A stretch of 37,110 nt of DNA from Albugo candida (lineage: Eukaryota): assembly GCA_040437565.1 (NCBI GenBank), contig JBDOQK010000060.1, forward strand, positions 186,001-223,110, in the 5' to 3' direction. The notes below the pieces were generated by a model. It saw nothing but the letters and a program-made list of their open reading frames with translations, made no database searches and had not been told where the DNA came from. Made by a program: the position numbers and the translations under genes. Below are positions 1 to 11,754 of the stretch, one piece after another (position 1 is the first letter of the stretch; each line of letters opens with the position of its first letter).

Positions 1-494
1 TCCAACGGGCACTGAGCAAGTTATATTCAGGGAGAAAGCGTCTCCCAGCAGGTACAAACCCGAATCTTGGCTTCAGCTATAAGATGCATAGAGAATAACG
101 TCATATGCATGGTTTGAGCTTTGGGCAATTCGACTATTCCGACGCTGTTGCATCATACGCTGTGCGTGAGAATTGATGCACAAACGTCGACCCTTCCATG
201 ACACAACATTAACTTTCCTTACGACAATCCGCAACACAACTTCTTTGTGCACAGACTGCGAGTTCTGTCGGTCTCACGCCTCGTCAGGTATTGCCATGAA
301 AGCTCGGACAAGTGTCGCAAATCAATGGTCCTTTCGTGCATAAAATACTCGAAAGAGAACATGAGAAGGCTGAAAAACGCCCGATCGATTCCGCATTACT
401 TTATTCACCGAGACAAAGCAGGTAAAGATTTATTTATCAGCATCCCACGGTGACAACAAATCCTAATCGTTGTTCTTCCACCAGATCACATCGA

Positions 495-3400
495 ATGCAT
501 ACACGGTCGCATTATACCCAATCACATCCTTCCCTCATGACGCCGTGCTATCTGAAGCCTCAAAGAACGTATACATTCCCTAATGGCACTGATCCTCTCC
601 ATGTCGCGGCAGCTTGTGATAGGAATGACCCTGAATCGCTTTGTATTGCAGCCATATATCTCCCTAATCAAATGCATGCATCCTCTGCTGAAATCGTCAT
701 TTCTTTCCCAATAAAAGGCGACCTTCAGACTGAGAATTTCAAGCTCAGCTCTCCATCTTCAACGGCCACATTCTCCTCCAAAAGCTGGCGAATTACATGG
801 AGCTCTTACGCACAGAATCTCTTGGTAACTGCACTCGAAATGGAAGTGGAGACTGTCGTGGGTCCTCGCTTTTGGCTCTTATCACCTGACAAGCAACTCG
901 AGTCGCGATACAGACTTTTGTGCTCGCAATTCTTTTCGGATGACATATTGGATTTCCAGTGGAACACTCAGTCGACCATTCTATCGCAATTTGGACACGG
1001 GGAGAAGCATTTCTTGCTCGTATTAAATGACGCGAAAATCGTATACCTTTACGTTCAGGACATTATATCGGGAAGGTTACTGTTAGATGCTCGGAAATGG
1101 CATTGTAGGCTGGTTTCCTGCGCATATCATCAGTATAAAGGCACACTAGCACTCAGTGGAGATATCTCAGCAACAGATTGTTCGCAGTCAGAAGGAGCAT
1201 CATCGTGGAGTCTGTGGCAAGTCTCTACAACTGATTGCACGTCCACATCGCTGGAGCTACTAGACAGTACCTTGATGCTTGGTCCGACGGAAATTGAACA
1301 TTGCAAAACGATATGTGGAAGTATTGTGGATCAAAGCTTTTCGGTCGATGGTCAAAAGCTCTGTATGCTCCATGGGGAAGGATTTATTGCAATTCGCGAA
1401 TTAGAAATTTGTGAGAATGTAATACAGTGGAGACGAGTCAATACAGACCCGACAGGTGTCATCAATCGTGCTACATTTCTGAATAACAATCTTTTGGTCT
1501 TTCAGAGCAATTCCCAGTTCTCATTTACCACGGTATCACTCGCTCACTTCAAAGTGTTTGGCACCCAGTCAATGGTATACTTGATGGCTCTCGAGCCTCA
1601 TGGTCACCACTTAATTTCAATTATTTCAATTTCTGGCGGTATTCGAAATGGAATTCAAAACAGCCTTTGTATCTGCACACTTGTTACCAAAGTTTTCAGT
1701 GTCATTGCGGCTCTGATAGCCGATGATTTGTTGAATGAAGCTGTTGATTTGCTGGAGGAAACACCTCGCTCGGATGCATTCAGCCATGAAGAAGGGTATC
1801 AACGTGTTTGGGAGCAGTATTGTCGCCAATCTTCCTCATCGGCTTCGACGTATCGCATCGTACACCACGCGCCCACACAAGAGGCTGCTTTCCGAGCATT
1901 ACAAAATATCCAATCCGATTCCTATATCGAACAGCAGAGTCTTTGCACCATTTTTTCCACAGCCGAAAGTATGGAACGAATGCTCCAACTGAGCCTCACA
2001 CGAGCCTCTGTACCCGCAGCTTCACAACTCAGAAGATGGCTATACCGCTTGGGCACAATGAAGTTACTAGCGCCCACACTGCGTCCACAAGCGGAATGGT
2101 ATGATTCCCACTGGTATCTCGAATTTCGTGATATCAATCTTGTGGACATGGCGATGCATTTGGCTTCATCGAGACATATTGACGCACTGAAGGTTTTGTG
2201 GATGCGTAACAAATGGAATCTCGTGTGTCATCGACTAAGCATCCTAGCATGTCTTCCAATCTCACCTCACACCCATACAGAATGGATTCCCGTAATCGCA
2301 CCGGATGATGCGGTCTTTTACGGTCTGAATGCTGCAAATGACGTGGTCAAGCTTGACCTGGAACAAGACGATAACAAGAGAATGGATTTATCGGATGAAG
2401 AGCTGCGAGCGATCACCGAGTACACGTCCTTATCGTATACGCATCGATTGGAAGAGATGGCGTCGGCGTTCCATAGACTTTTTATCTATTGGGATGATAC
2501 ATTTGGTCAACTTGCCACCGTGTACGACGTGCTAGAGCTATTACCATCTCAGCTCTCGTCGCATCGTTGTTTGGCATCAATCAGGGACGCTATCAAGCAG
2601 CTTCATTCAGCCGAGTATCGGTATGGGTTAAGTATTGGAGTACGATTCATAGAGTGGCAAATAATGTCTACAGAAGATCGTATGCGGCTGGTGATAACTC
2701 ATCCACACATCTGTCTTGGAATTATTCGCTCCATCTTCTTGACGTCCAGTGATCGTTTAGCAAAGAGAAGAGCTGTAAACGCTTTGTGTTCATGCCTTGT
2801 TGATCAAAAGCCGCTTTGTATGGAGATTTTGATGGATTCTTATTCCTCAGAAGAGGAAAAGATAGGTGCATTCCAAGTGCTCGCAAATACACTGGAAAAT
2901 GAATCCGTTTCGGAAAGTTTGGTCAATATCCTACTACAAAACTGTCCTGTGGATCGTCTCGGGTCGTTACTGCACAAGTTGCGGCAGTTGGAAACTCCAG
3001 CTGGACTCGATATAACTGCACTTGAGCATTACGCTCCAAACGAACGCTACACACGACTTCAACTTGGCTTGACTATCGCATCAGATAAAGTTGCGTGGCT
3101 TCAGGCTCTATGTACGTCATCTATCCAAGTGGACTCATGTACACCGCTGGATGAGCTTCAGGTTGTCGCGTACCATCACAGTTGGATTCTTCATTCTCTA
3201 AAGACCGGAGACGGATTTCAGACGTTACTGCTCTATTGGAAGGAGCACATAAAGATGCTGACTCATCCGCAGCTATCAGCTTTCCTGACGTTATTCCGCG
3301 AACTTGAGAATGAAAGTCCTCGTCTGACGGAGCTCACCCGACTTTGCGAGTCACAAATTCATTCATCGACCCGTGTGGACACACTTTTACCACTTGGAGA

Positions 3401-6251
3401 AGCATTTCCAAGTCTCCAAGTCGATCAATTCTACGAGGACGCAATGTACCGCGGTCATGTACTGGAGTCACTCGCAACTCAACAGAGCACGTACTCAATC
3501 GCGGTGTCATTTGCAACTCAGTTTGAGATGGACCCGTACAACTGTCTTCTCGCGTACATTGAGCATGCTTTCAAGACCTCGCAGCCGCTACAACCGTTTG
3601 ATTCCGTGCATCCTATCCAAGAAGCCCTTACTCAACCGAGTAAACTCGTGCCATTTCTGCTCAAAGTTTACAATCAGCTGAGTGGGACGGATTACACGAC
3701 TCTCATTCTTGTGTTTCGGCTGCTGTTGGAGTGTTACAAACGCCTGCAGAAGAGTCCATCAGCGAATTTCGAGTTGAAGCTCTCCGACGCATGTTATCGA
3801 CGATGGACGCTGCTTTATGTCTGTCTCAAAAGACTCAAAGATCTCTCTGAACAGCGTATCGACTTTAAGCTTATGGCGGAGAGAGAGAACGGACAAGCGC
3901 TGATGGGAGATACTTGCTGTCCGACTCATAGCGTCGCGCTCAAAGCAGTACTCCCATTTGTATCTGCACAAAACATCAAGCTCATCAGTAAGATACTGCT
4001 ACAATTGCATCAGATACCTGTGAGCTCGTTCGTTTTGCTTTACATGAATGAAATGTGTGGACGGATGGAATCAGCGGCGGATTTGTATGAGGCCTGCTAT
4101 CCATTTCTCCCCGTGCTATCGGATGAAGACCTTGTCAATTTTTACGATGCGTTTGTGGGCTCAATGATCTCATCGAAAGAAAGCACACAATTCCAGCATT
4201 TACAGCGGGTCGGTGATCAGCTGACACGGGATAAGCAGTTGGAAGTGCGTGTTGATCTCGTGTCACGAATACGAGGACGTAAAGACGAGAGGATGAAGAG
4301 AGATATACTCTTGAATGCATTGTGGCTCCTTCAACGAGATGCTGAGGATACTGGCTGGATGGAAATGATACTGAAGGCGCATCCTGAGGTTGACGATGTA
4401 CTGGCGTGCTTGAGAGAGAAAACACGCGATGTGAAGAGATTAGATCGGTTCCTTCGCGTTGTCAGAGGAATGATGGGAGTTCAGGAAGCTCAGATCATGA
4501 TAATGCTGACGCTGTTCTTGTGTGAGGATGTACAACCTCTTCAAGTGTGCTGGATCCAAGAACGCTTTGAGATGGTAATGGAGATGTTGACNNNNNNNNN
4601 NNNNNNNNNNNNNNNNNNNNNNNNNNNNNNNNNNNNNNNNNNNNNNNNNNNNNNNNNNNNNNNNNNNNNNNNNNNNNNNNNNNNNNNNNNNCTTCAACGA
4701 GATGCTGAGGATACTGGCTGGATGGAAATGATACTGAAGGCGCATCCTGAGGTTGACGATGTACTGGCGTGCTTGAGAGAGAAAACACGCGATGTGAAGA
4801 GATTAGATCGGTTCCTTCGCGTTGTCAGAGGAATGATGGGAGTTCAGGAAGCTCAGATCATGATAATGCTGACGCTGTTCTTGTGTGAGGATGTACAACC
4901 TCTTCAAGTGTGCTGGATCCAAGAACGCTTTGAGATGGTAATGGAGATGTTGACGGATATGACAGTCAAAATGGCAACTGGATGGCAGCCAACACATCAT
5001 AATTCAATCGGTGAACCCGCCTTCCTGTACGATAGTGGTCCTCCAGAAATGAAAGACTTGTTGCGATTTTTGGAATGGAGCTGCCCACGATCACTTGACG
5101 CAGGTATAAGCCAAGTGTTTACTCAAATCCAGGCGCTGTACCCGATCTCTTCGACTGATGTGATGCTGGAAAATCAACCGCTCTCGAATGTTGTGGAGTC
5201 CCGATGGCTTCATGAGATTGCACGATGCGTCGACACGAATTCCGGCGCCCAAGGCCTGATGCTCGCTCAAGCCATTCTACTTCATTACCGCACTCATGAG
5301 CGAGAACAACAATTATACGACCTTATCGTTGACGGGAAATCTGCATTCAAGGACGTGTATTTCGCATTTGCATTCCAGACTGTGGCTGGTTCAGAAACGA
5401 TTGAGGTCGAATTGGATTTAGACGAAAAAACAGATGAGCTATTGCGGTCCTCACGACCTCATGTATCGCCAAATCTCAATACGATCGCGGGTGTTATCGC
5501 ATTGTACGATATATTACAAGGAATAACGTCGTGGAACTGGGAACAAGAGGTCAATTACGCGACCTGTAGACAACTGATGCGGCTGGTCCAAAAGCAACTA
5601 ACTGATCCAACGTCGCGACCGCGAGGCTCGTGCTGGGATCGGCTTTTGAGGGAGCAGGAATGGAGTCCGTCCGATTGGATTCTTTGGTATCAGAAGAGAG
5701 CGTATGGCCGAGTGGAAGAAGAAACCATTCTGACTGTGATTGAGACATCCGACAGCAATTCATTCGCTGCTCACGTGGCGTTGCTTTGTCCATTTCCCAA
5801 ATTACGCGATCGATTCCACGGCCAAATTGTTTCGTATTGTGTTTCTTGTGCGCGTGGGACGCATACCGAGAAAACGGTGTTCGATTTGGCGCTCTTACGT
5901 TACGATTTGAAGGAGTTGCTTGCATTTGATGTGGTCATTTATCGTTGGCTATGTCGAGAATTACTGGAGAGAAAAGTTGGAAAAGAGAACAGTATTTGTA
6001 GCTCGATGGAATATTTCATTAGCGCTGCGATTGTATCCGAGGAACTGGAAATTGCTGGACGACTTAATTGTGCTTTTCAACGTGTGCATCCATCGCTGTA
6101 CGCATTCGATATATCTCAAATTCTCCTCCAGCGATGGAGTAATACGTTCGAAAGAGCTCTCGTCGCTAGTCGTGTAGCATCCGAGCCCGTAAAACTGCTG
6201 CTCATGGTCGTTACGAAGAATAACGAGCTGCTAAAGCGGCACGCAAAGTAG
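495..6251 (+). CDS. NBAS: NBAS / Sec39-family ER tethering protein (neuroblastoma-amplified sequence-like)
   Basis: Single long ORF; first ATG at 495 (alternative 537; the ORF track opens at GTG 450). NBAS-like blocks recognised from family knowledge: YLEFRDINLVDMAMHLA...ALKVLWMRNKWNLVCHRLSILACLP, VDQFYEDAMYRGHVLESLATQQSTYSIAVSFA and VYNQLSGTDYTTLILVFRLL. The N-terminus is beta-rich, as expected for a propeller. The 100-N gap plus a 263-bp duplicated flank adds 121 spurious codons, so the true length is about 1800 aa. Confidence 0.8.
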   Translation: MHTRSHYTQSHPSLMTPCYLKPQRTYTFPNGTDPLHVAAACDRNDPESLCIAAIYLPNQMHASSAEIVISFPIKGDLQTENFKLSSPSSTATFSSKSWRITWSSYAQNLLVTALEMEVETVVGPRFWLLSPDKQLESRYRLLCSQFFSDDILDFQWNTQSTILSQFGHGEKHFLLVLNDAKIVYLYVQDIISGRLLLDARKWHCRLVSCAYHQYKGTLALSGDISATDCSQSEGASSWSLWQVSTTDCTSTSLELLDSTLMLGPTEIEHCKTICGSIVDQSFSVDGQKLCMLHGEGFIAIRELEICENVIQWRRVNTDPTGVINRATFLNNNLLVFQSNSQFSFTTVSLAHFKVFGTQSMVYLMALEPHGHHLISIISISGGIRNGIQNSLCICTLVTKVFSVIAALIADDLLNEAVDLLEETPRSDAFSHEEGYQRVWEQYCRQSSSSASTYRIVHHAPTQEAAFRALQNIQSDSYIEQQSLCTIFSTAESMERMLQLSLTRASVPAASQLRRWLYRLGTMKLLAPTLRPQAEWYDSHWYLEFRDINLVDMAMHLASSRHIDALKVLWMRNKWNLVCHRLSILACLPISPHTHTEWIPVIAPDDAVFYGLNAANDVVKLDLEQDDNKRMDLSDEELRAITEYTSLSYTHRLEEMASAFHRLFIYWDDTFGQLATVYDVLELLPSQLSSHRCLASIRDAIKQLHSAEYRYGLSIGVRFIEWQIMSTEDRMRLVITHPHICLGIIRSIFLTSSDRLAKRRAVNALCSCLVDQKPLCMEILMDSYSSEEEKIGAFQVLANTLENESVSESLVNILLQNCPVDRLGSLLHKLRQLETPAGLDITALEHYAPNERYTRLQLGLTIASDKVAWLQALCTSSIQVDSCTPLDELQVVAYHHSWILHSLKTGDGFQTLLLYWKEHIKMLTHPQLSAFLTLFRELENESPRLTELTRLCESQIHSSTRVDTLLPLGEAFPSLQVDQFYEDAMYRGHVLESLATQQSTYSIAVSFATQFEMDPYNCLLAYIEHAFKTSQPLQPFDSVHPIQEALTQPSKLVPFLLKVYNQLSGTDYTTLILVFRLLLECYKRLQKSPSANFELKLSDACYRRWTLLYVCLKRLKDLSEQRIDFKLMAERENGQALMGDTCCPTHSVALKAVLPFVSAQNIKLISKILLQLHQIPVSSFVLLYMNEMCGRMESAADLYEACYPFLPVLSDEDLVNFYDAFVGSMISSKESTQFQHLQRVGDQLTRDKQLEVRVDLVSRIRGRKDERMKRDILLNALWLLQRDAEDTGWMEMILKAHPEVDDVLACLREKTRDVKRLDRFLRVVRGMMGVQEAQIMIMLTLFLCEDVQPLQVCWIQERFEMVMEMLXXXXXXXXXXXXXXXXXXXXXXXXXXXXXXXXXXLQRDAEDTGWMEMILKAHPEVDDVLACLREKTRDVKRLDRFLRVVRGMMGVQEAQIMIMLTLFLCEDVQPLQVCWIQERFEMVMEMLTDMTVKMATGWQPTHHNSIGEPAFLYDSGPPEMKDLLRFLEWSCPRSLDAGISQVFTQIQALYPISSTDVMLENQPLSNVVESRWLHEIARCVDTNSGAQGLMLAQAILLHYRTHEREQQLYDLIVDGKSAFKDVYFAFAFQTVAGSETIEVELDLDEKTDELLRSSRPHVSPNLNTIAGVIALYDILQGITSWNWEQEVNYATCRQLMRLVQKQLTDPTSRPRGSCWDRLLREQEWSPSDWILWYQKRAYGRVEEETILTVIETSDSNSFAAHVALLCPFPKLRDRFHGQIVSYCVSCARGTHTEKTVFDLALLRYDLKELLAFDVVIYRWLCRELLERKVGKENSICSSMEYFISAAIVSEELEIAGRLNCAFQRVHPSLYAFDISQILLQRWSNTFERALVASRVASEPVKLLLMVVTKNNELLKRHAK
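4329..4954. other. Assembly artefact: 263-bp exact direct repeat (4329-4591 = 4692-4954) flanking a 100-N gap
   Basis: Identical sequence on both sides of the N run 4592-4691, typical of unmerged overlapping contig ends. Confidence 0.93.
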
Positions 6252-6621
6252 TGCTTATGATCGGTTGAGAGGTGTATGTCTGACAATACACAGCGTGACG
6301 CATCGATTTAGAGCGTGGTGCCGTATATGGGAATTTGTAGCCTTAATAAAGCAATTGGCGCAGTAGCGATGGGTTCCTACATTTTATGGCGTGGTTTCAT
6401 TCTGGTTTCCCTTCATGTTGCACATTCATTCTGTACATTTCGGTGTCATTATAAAACGGTATTATGCTATAATATAATGAGAGCTTTGGATGATAAAATA
6501 CATTGATTGAGCTTTAGCTTTTGTTCTTATAGCTCATACCACTTTTGCTGTGGCCAAATACTCCCTTCCATCGAGGAGTGTTGGATTGTATCCTTCGTTC
6601 GGCTGCCTTCAAGTCGCAGTG

Positions 6622-9432
6622 TCATTCAGTGTCCCAGAAAATATCGGCTTGTGAGGGATGACATCGCACAAAGCTATCAAAGACATCTTCATCCAATTCT
6701 TCAGAAAGCAGACAATCATCCTCGGATACTCGAGTTTCTCTTGTATCATCCTCGTATGTACCATCCGACAGCACTTCTTCCAAATCATTACCATTTTCAC
6801 ATTCGATAACAGCTGATTTGCTTGTTGCGCTCTCTGACGTCCGTAATATGAATTCTGCATCGATTGTTGATACTGGCGATTGATCACACACGAAAAATCT
6901 TTCACGACATAAATCACAGGCATCTGTGGTCAACATTCCATTATCCGCGTTTCCGCATTGCCGACATGTTTCGTTGGCTTCTTCTGTGACGGATTTGTTA
7001 TCCATTCGTATGGATTCGACAAGAATTTTGATTTCTTCAATCAGAGCCGCTTTTTGTAATATCAAAGTTTCTGATCTCCTGTCCAAATGACCGCCCAAAT
7101 ATGCTTTTAGCTTGTGCGCTTGTTCTAAATGAGTTGAGTGAGATATGGATACTGAGCCTTCGCAATCCAAGCGCGATTCGTTCATTGCAAGTGCGTCTAC
7201 ATCGACTTTCGAGGAAGACGAGTCTGTTCTGACAGACTCGAGGCAGCCGTCTGAGCGGATTGTGTACTGCCTGGCCAATGTGGAGACATTATCGCTGAGG
7301 GATGCTCCTGAGCGAATTCCTTCTGATGTGTAAGAATTTATTCGGTCGTTTACTTTACGAGACAAACGTCGTGCAGCGTCGACGGTATTATCGGTATTCA
7401 ACGGAATAAAATCGCTACTAATTGCTCGATCCGTACGGGCTGATGTCTCCATTGTTCTCTTGATTTTGACCACCTGATTGGCATTGAAAGACTTCGATGA
7501 GTCAGCACATCGTAGAGCAAACATAGCCACGTTACTATTACTGTGCATGAGACTTTCCTTCTCGTTGAATATAGGCTTGCTGATTGACATGTCAGTGCTT
7601 TTAAACTGCGAAGATTGTGTGTCGACTTGACGATCGGATGCTTTGTCAGGAGCGCGCATTTGAAAGTTTGGAGTGGTTCTGAGCGCCGACACAGTAAGCC
7701 CCTCGCACGCATTCTGTGGAGTTGTTTCTCGTGCACGAGCCGATACCGCCTCAAAGGATGGGATGTTGGACTTTTTGGATGTGAGAGTTGAATGCTTATG
7801 ATCCTTCTTCTGACTCGATGGTGCGGCTGACTTGTCCGTTGCGAGAGTCAAATACTTATGCTCCTTTTTTTTACGAGCTGCAATACATGCTTGGGCGTAT
7901 ACTTGCAGTAATTGCGCTTCCGTGGTCCCTTCCTTTATTGAGAATAATGGAACTCCAGCAAATTTGATTCGATCAATTGGTTCCTCACTCATTCCAATTA
8001 TGAGCATCATCGAGGCCGCGAGTGATACAGGAGACTTTGACGAGGATTGTTTCAGGTTGTCTAATACTTGAGATTGCCTCAATTTCTTGGCTTCGTGCAA
8101 CATTTGAGACTTGATCGAATCTCCTCTGACATTCTCGTTTTTCTCTTTGTAATTTACGATCGCTTCGTGCGGCTGAGATTTGTAAACCCTACTGTTTGTC
8201 GTTGGCAATTGCTGGGTTTTTAATGTGTGTTCTTTTCGTGATGCAGAGATCGTCCGATTGGTAGAGTGTCGAGTATCACACCTTTCTCTAGAGACGTCTG
8301 AATGCAAACGATCTGCTTTTCCCGACGTCTGTGCAACAGAGTGTTTTCTTCCGTCTATATCTTCTTTTATGTGCTTGTCTCTTTTTCCCTGCTCTCCCCA
8401 AAGATTTCGCCTTTTCTCACACCGTGATGAGGTCCTAGACCGCTCAGTTCTATCGGTTCGAAGCTGAATGTCTGGCATTAACTCACTAGAGCATGCTGAT
8501 GTTTTGTCTGCTGATTCGCTGACTGTGGAAATGAATCGTAGAATCACCGGTTTGCTGACAGAATTTAGTAAGAAAAGCGATTTCTCAAAGCCGAGTCGTT
8601 TGGTTTTGTACGAGTTGATTCCCACAAGAACATCTCCTACACGAACACGATCTATATTCTGTCCAATTGTGACTTGCCCAGGAGAGCCATTACACCCGTC
8701 ATCCAAGATGAAATCCACCATAGGGAGAGGAACATCTTCACGATACTTGCAAAAAGACATTCCGAGATTTCCACGCTCCCAAACGACTTTGAATGGCTTT
8801 TTAGTCTTGGGTTGTTTCTCACTGCTTATTTCTTTCTGACGAGTTTCATTTATTTGGATCTTTTTTCTACTGGACTGGGTCTGAGGCTCGGACGGTGAGC
8901 TTTGCCTCATTCTTCGATAATTTCCAGGCACCGTACCATCTGTGGGAGCTCTAGCAGGACTTGTCGGTGAATACAAAGGGTCTTCGTGGCGAACTCGTTC
9001 CTCAGGATAGTGGCATATCGGATCATACACATTTTCGGTTGCTGGCTCTATAGTAGGGCCGTGATCTTCTAACATCGGAAGCGCACCAGGCCGAGAGCAA
9101 CTAGGAAGCGAGCGCTCCTCTGTATGGTGTAGAGTGCAGTCGTTGGCTCCGAATTGACTTTGGAGGACGTGGTTTTTCAAGGGTGTGCGAAAATGAAGCA
9201 TCATAGGTAATTTTCCCTTATACAGACGCCTCATAGCACGATCGTACCCCAAAAAAGAGGTTTTCTTACCATTGATACTCACAAGCAAATCGCCGACTTG
9301 AACGCCTGAGAAGCGTGCGATCGACTTCTCATTCAAAACCTGAAATACAACGGGCGGTAGCTCGGTGCCTAATTCTGGTCGAAATGTAAGACCTAAAGTT
9401 CCAGCTTCCCAGTTGACCAAGTAATCTTGCAT
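6622..9432 (-). CDS. Protein with two PDZ-like domains, long S/R/K-rich low-complexity linkers and a C-terminal CxxC...CxxC motif
   Basis: PDZ 1: YLVNWEAGTLGLTF...GVQVGDLLVSING...LPMMLHFR. PDZ 2: FKVVWERGNLGMSF...VRVGDVLVGINS...KPVILRF. Near the C-terminus: CRQC-x12-CDLC. The probable start is the ATG at 9432, directly before PDZ 1 (936 aa), although the frame is open to 9789. Confidence 0.8.
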   Translation of the reverse strand: MQDYLVNWEAGTLGLTFRPELGTELPPVVFQVLNEKSIARFSGVQVGDLLVSINGKKTSFLGYDRAMRRLYKGKLPMMLHFRTPLKNHVLQSQFGANDCTLHHTEERSLPSCSRPGALPMLEDHGPTIEPATENVYDPICHYPEERVRHEDPLYSPTSPARAPTDGTVPGNYRRMRQSSPSEPQTQSSRKKIQINETRQKEISSEKQPKTKKPFKVVWERGNLGMSFCKYREDVPLPMVDFILDDGCNGSPGQVTIGQNIDRVRVGDVLVGINSYKTKRLGFEKSLFLLNSVSKPVILRFISTVSESADKTSACSSELMPDIQLRTDRTERSRTSSRCEKRRNLWGEQGKRDKHIKEDIDGRKHSVAQTSGKADRLHSDVSRERCDTRHSTNRTISASRKEHTLKTQQLPTTNSRVYKSQPHEAIVNYKEKNENVRGDSIKSQMLHEAKKLRQSQVLDNLKQSSSKSPVSLAASMMLIIGMSEEPIDRIKFAGVPLFSIKEGTTEAQLLQVYAQACIAARKKKEHKYLTLATDKSAAPSSQKKDHKHSTLTSKKSNIPSFEAVSARARETTPQNACEGLTVSALRTTPNFQMRAPDKASDRQVDTQSSQFKSTDMSISKPIFNEKESLMHSNSNVAMFALRCADSSKSFNANQVVKIKRTMETSARTDRAISSDFIPLNTDNTVDAARRLSRKVNDRINSYTSEGIRSGASLSDNVSTLARQYTIRSDGCLESVRTDSSSSKVDVDALAMNESRLDCEGSVSISHSTHLEQAHKLKAYLGGHLDRRSETLILQKAALIEEIKILVESIRMDNKSVTEEANETCRQCGNADNGMLTTDACDLCRERFFVCDQSPVSTIDAEFILRTSESATSKSAVIECENGNDLEEVLSDGTYEDDTRETRVSEDDCLLSEELDEDVFDSFVRCHPSQADIFWDTE

Positions 9433-11754
9433 TTCAATTAGCGATAATTCCCGATTTTTCTTCTTCCCAAAACACACAATTCGATTGGAAATCATATTGA
9501 CAAATTCAAACTGCCTAAGCGGTGCATGTATCCGTTTGAGTAATACACCACGCGTGACCAAAAGTTTATTATGCTGGTAGTACTCTATGTGAGTGTGACG
9601 TGGTATAAGCGCTCTGACTCTGTAAGAGCTAAGCTGGAAACTTGCACCAATGCGTGATAGGTTATTATTAGAGGAACGGAACTGTACTCTTGGCTGTGTA
9701 GCTAATGGAAGACTTAAGGGTTCCTTTCTGTTGAATAGTATGTTATTCTTACGATTGACTTTCGGCAGTTCTCCTGTTGTAAAGGTCACAAAACAGATGA
9801 TTACCCTATACAGATGGTGTCATTTCGCTTTCTGAGTGTGACTCACCTTTTATTGATTATGCTGTTGCCCACAAGGTCGGTGGTAATGCTCTCTACTGCG
9901 TCAAATGAGACTATTCTACATTGAACATGGCTGATTTTCAATTACATACGCTTTTTGTCACTGTAATTGAGGCATAAGGGGATAAACAGGACTTGCAACT
10001 ACGATGGGATGTCGAATTTGTGATGCGCTGCCGTGATACCTATCGTTATACGTCCAGTCATTGAACAAACAGCCTGTATGAAGCTTTGTCATCGTACACA
10101 TACGATTGATGGTATAAGAATGTCATCTCGCGTATGTGCCGAAGCGTTGTGACACCTTCCAATAACAGCGAAAATTGATCAGAACCGCGCTCCAGACTCA
10201 TATTTACATTCGCGATAGCGGTGCGGATGAGGCGGTTTATTTTGAGCAAGGGATTCTTATTTATAAATCTATGCTGACCGCCGTAGTAGATGATAATCGA
10301 GTTTTGACCCGCAAATTCTCCTGGTAGCGTGATGCAGTGATTCGAATATGTAAGGCAGTCGAAGGAAGGAATATGTGCTAATCCTTGCATATCACGCACT
10401 ATCCGCGACATTAGGGGCCACATCCTACTGGCTTATACAAAGACGCTACAGCTGTCTGATAGAACACGAAATATTTGATGTTTGTGAGCACAACGATGAA
10501 AGGAGGAATTTCTCTGAGTTATGCTCTCGATCGACAGAACGGACATCATTCTCTCGCATCCGGACTTCTTGTTTCGTAGACAGGCTTTGCGGTGGTGCCG
10601 TCAGGTTGAAAAGGATCAGAACTCTAGGAGAATTAGCAGAATCAACCTGACTAAAGAAACAGCTCATTATCTACGCCTTCTTCGACGCACATGATCTCAC
10701 ACCGCTTCTCAAGAATGCCTCAGCCATTTGGAATTCATCGCAACGCTAAGATCACTCCATACACATGCTTTTTACACGTCAGGGATCAGAAAGGATATTG
10801 TAAGCTTTAGCGCTTATCAAAATCGACAACGCATGCGCTCAGAGCAATTTTATGTGAGCGTTTTGGTGATTATTTGAGAAAAATAAGAAATAGCTGCTCC
10901 AGTAGTCACAAGTTTACTCGTCGTTGAGGGAATCGACAAGCGGAATGGAAAGAAGAAAAATCAATACACGAACTTTTATGGGATCCGTTTGTTGCTCGCA
11001 AAAATAAACGGGAACGTTTGTGATCAATTGTCACCAACACTGACTCGTCTGACAAATACAAAATGCTCGCCGAACAATCAGCTTTACAAAGGTTCTGCTG
11101 TGTTAAAATTAGCAAGGTAGCATTGGGGAGTGAGAGCAAAGGACAAGAAATGTTTGGATTGTATTCTTGTTGAATCCGAGGGTACAGGAACGAAGAAGGT
11201 TTAACATTGAAACTCTCCCACCAGTATCGACACAGGCAACATCAATGTCTGACCACACTTTCGTCTTTATGTGAGTGAAGCGACTATTTTGAAGTATGAG
11301 AAAGAGGTTACAGGACCATCGTAGAGTTTGCATCAAAGAAAGTCCTGGTCACTGGCATGTTGGATATACGTCTAGATCAAAGAGGCAGTCTAGACGCAGA
11401 CCGGGCAATTTACTATTAGAGGAATCCTCGTTTCATACCTGCAGAATCGTAGCCACCCTAATGCATCTCAAATTGAATAGAAGTCGAACCTTTTCCTACT
11501 CTAATAACTCGAATATAATCGGTGGTCATATATCTGAAGTCATCCTGACCGATCTAACAGTCTTATTACGTTATGAAGATGAAAAGTCAGCCTAAAACGA
11601 CCACAGTTGATGCGGTAGTCATCGAGACGACCTAGGTGTGCAAGATTCGCGTGACACCACAAACGTAGAGTCTCATTTTGGACATGACTGATCGCAAGCT
11701 AATATTAAGGTAGTGTTATCTACAAAGCTACCAATTCCAAGAAGCCTCTTTTCC

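Noticed and set aside
1-453. Short ORFs at the window start
   Set aside because: No recognisable product; they may be UTR/promoter or part of a gene outside the window.
4329-4954. Apparent internal tandem repeat of about 87 aa in the NBAS-like protein
   Set aside because: The copies are 100% identical and sit exactly either side of a 100-N gap, which indicates an unmerged contig overlap.
9433-9789. N-terminal 119-aa extension of the PDZ ORF from a GTG
   Set aside because: A non-ATG start is unlikely in a eukaryote and the segment shows no domain signal. The ATG at 9432 precedes PDZ 1 directly, though an ATG about 60 bp upstream cannot be excluded.
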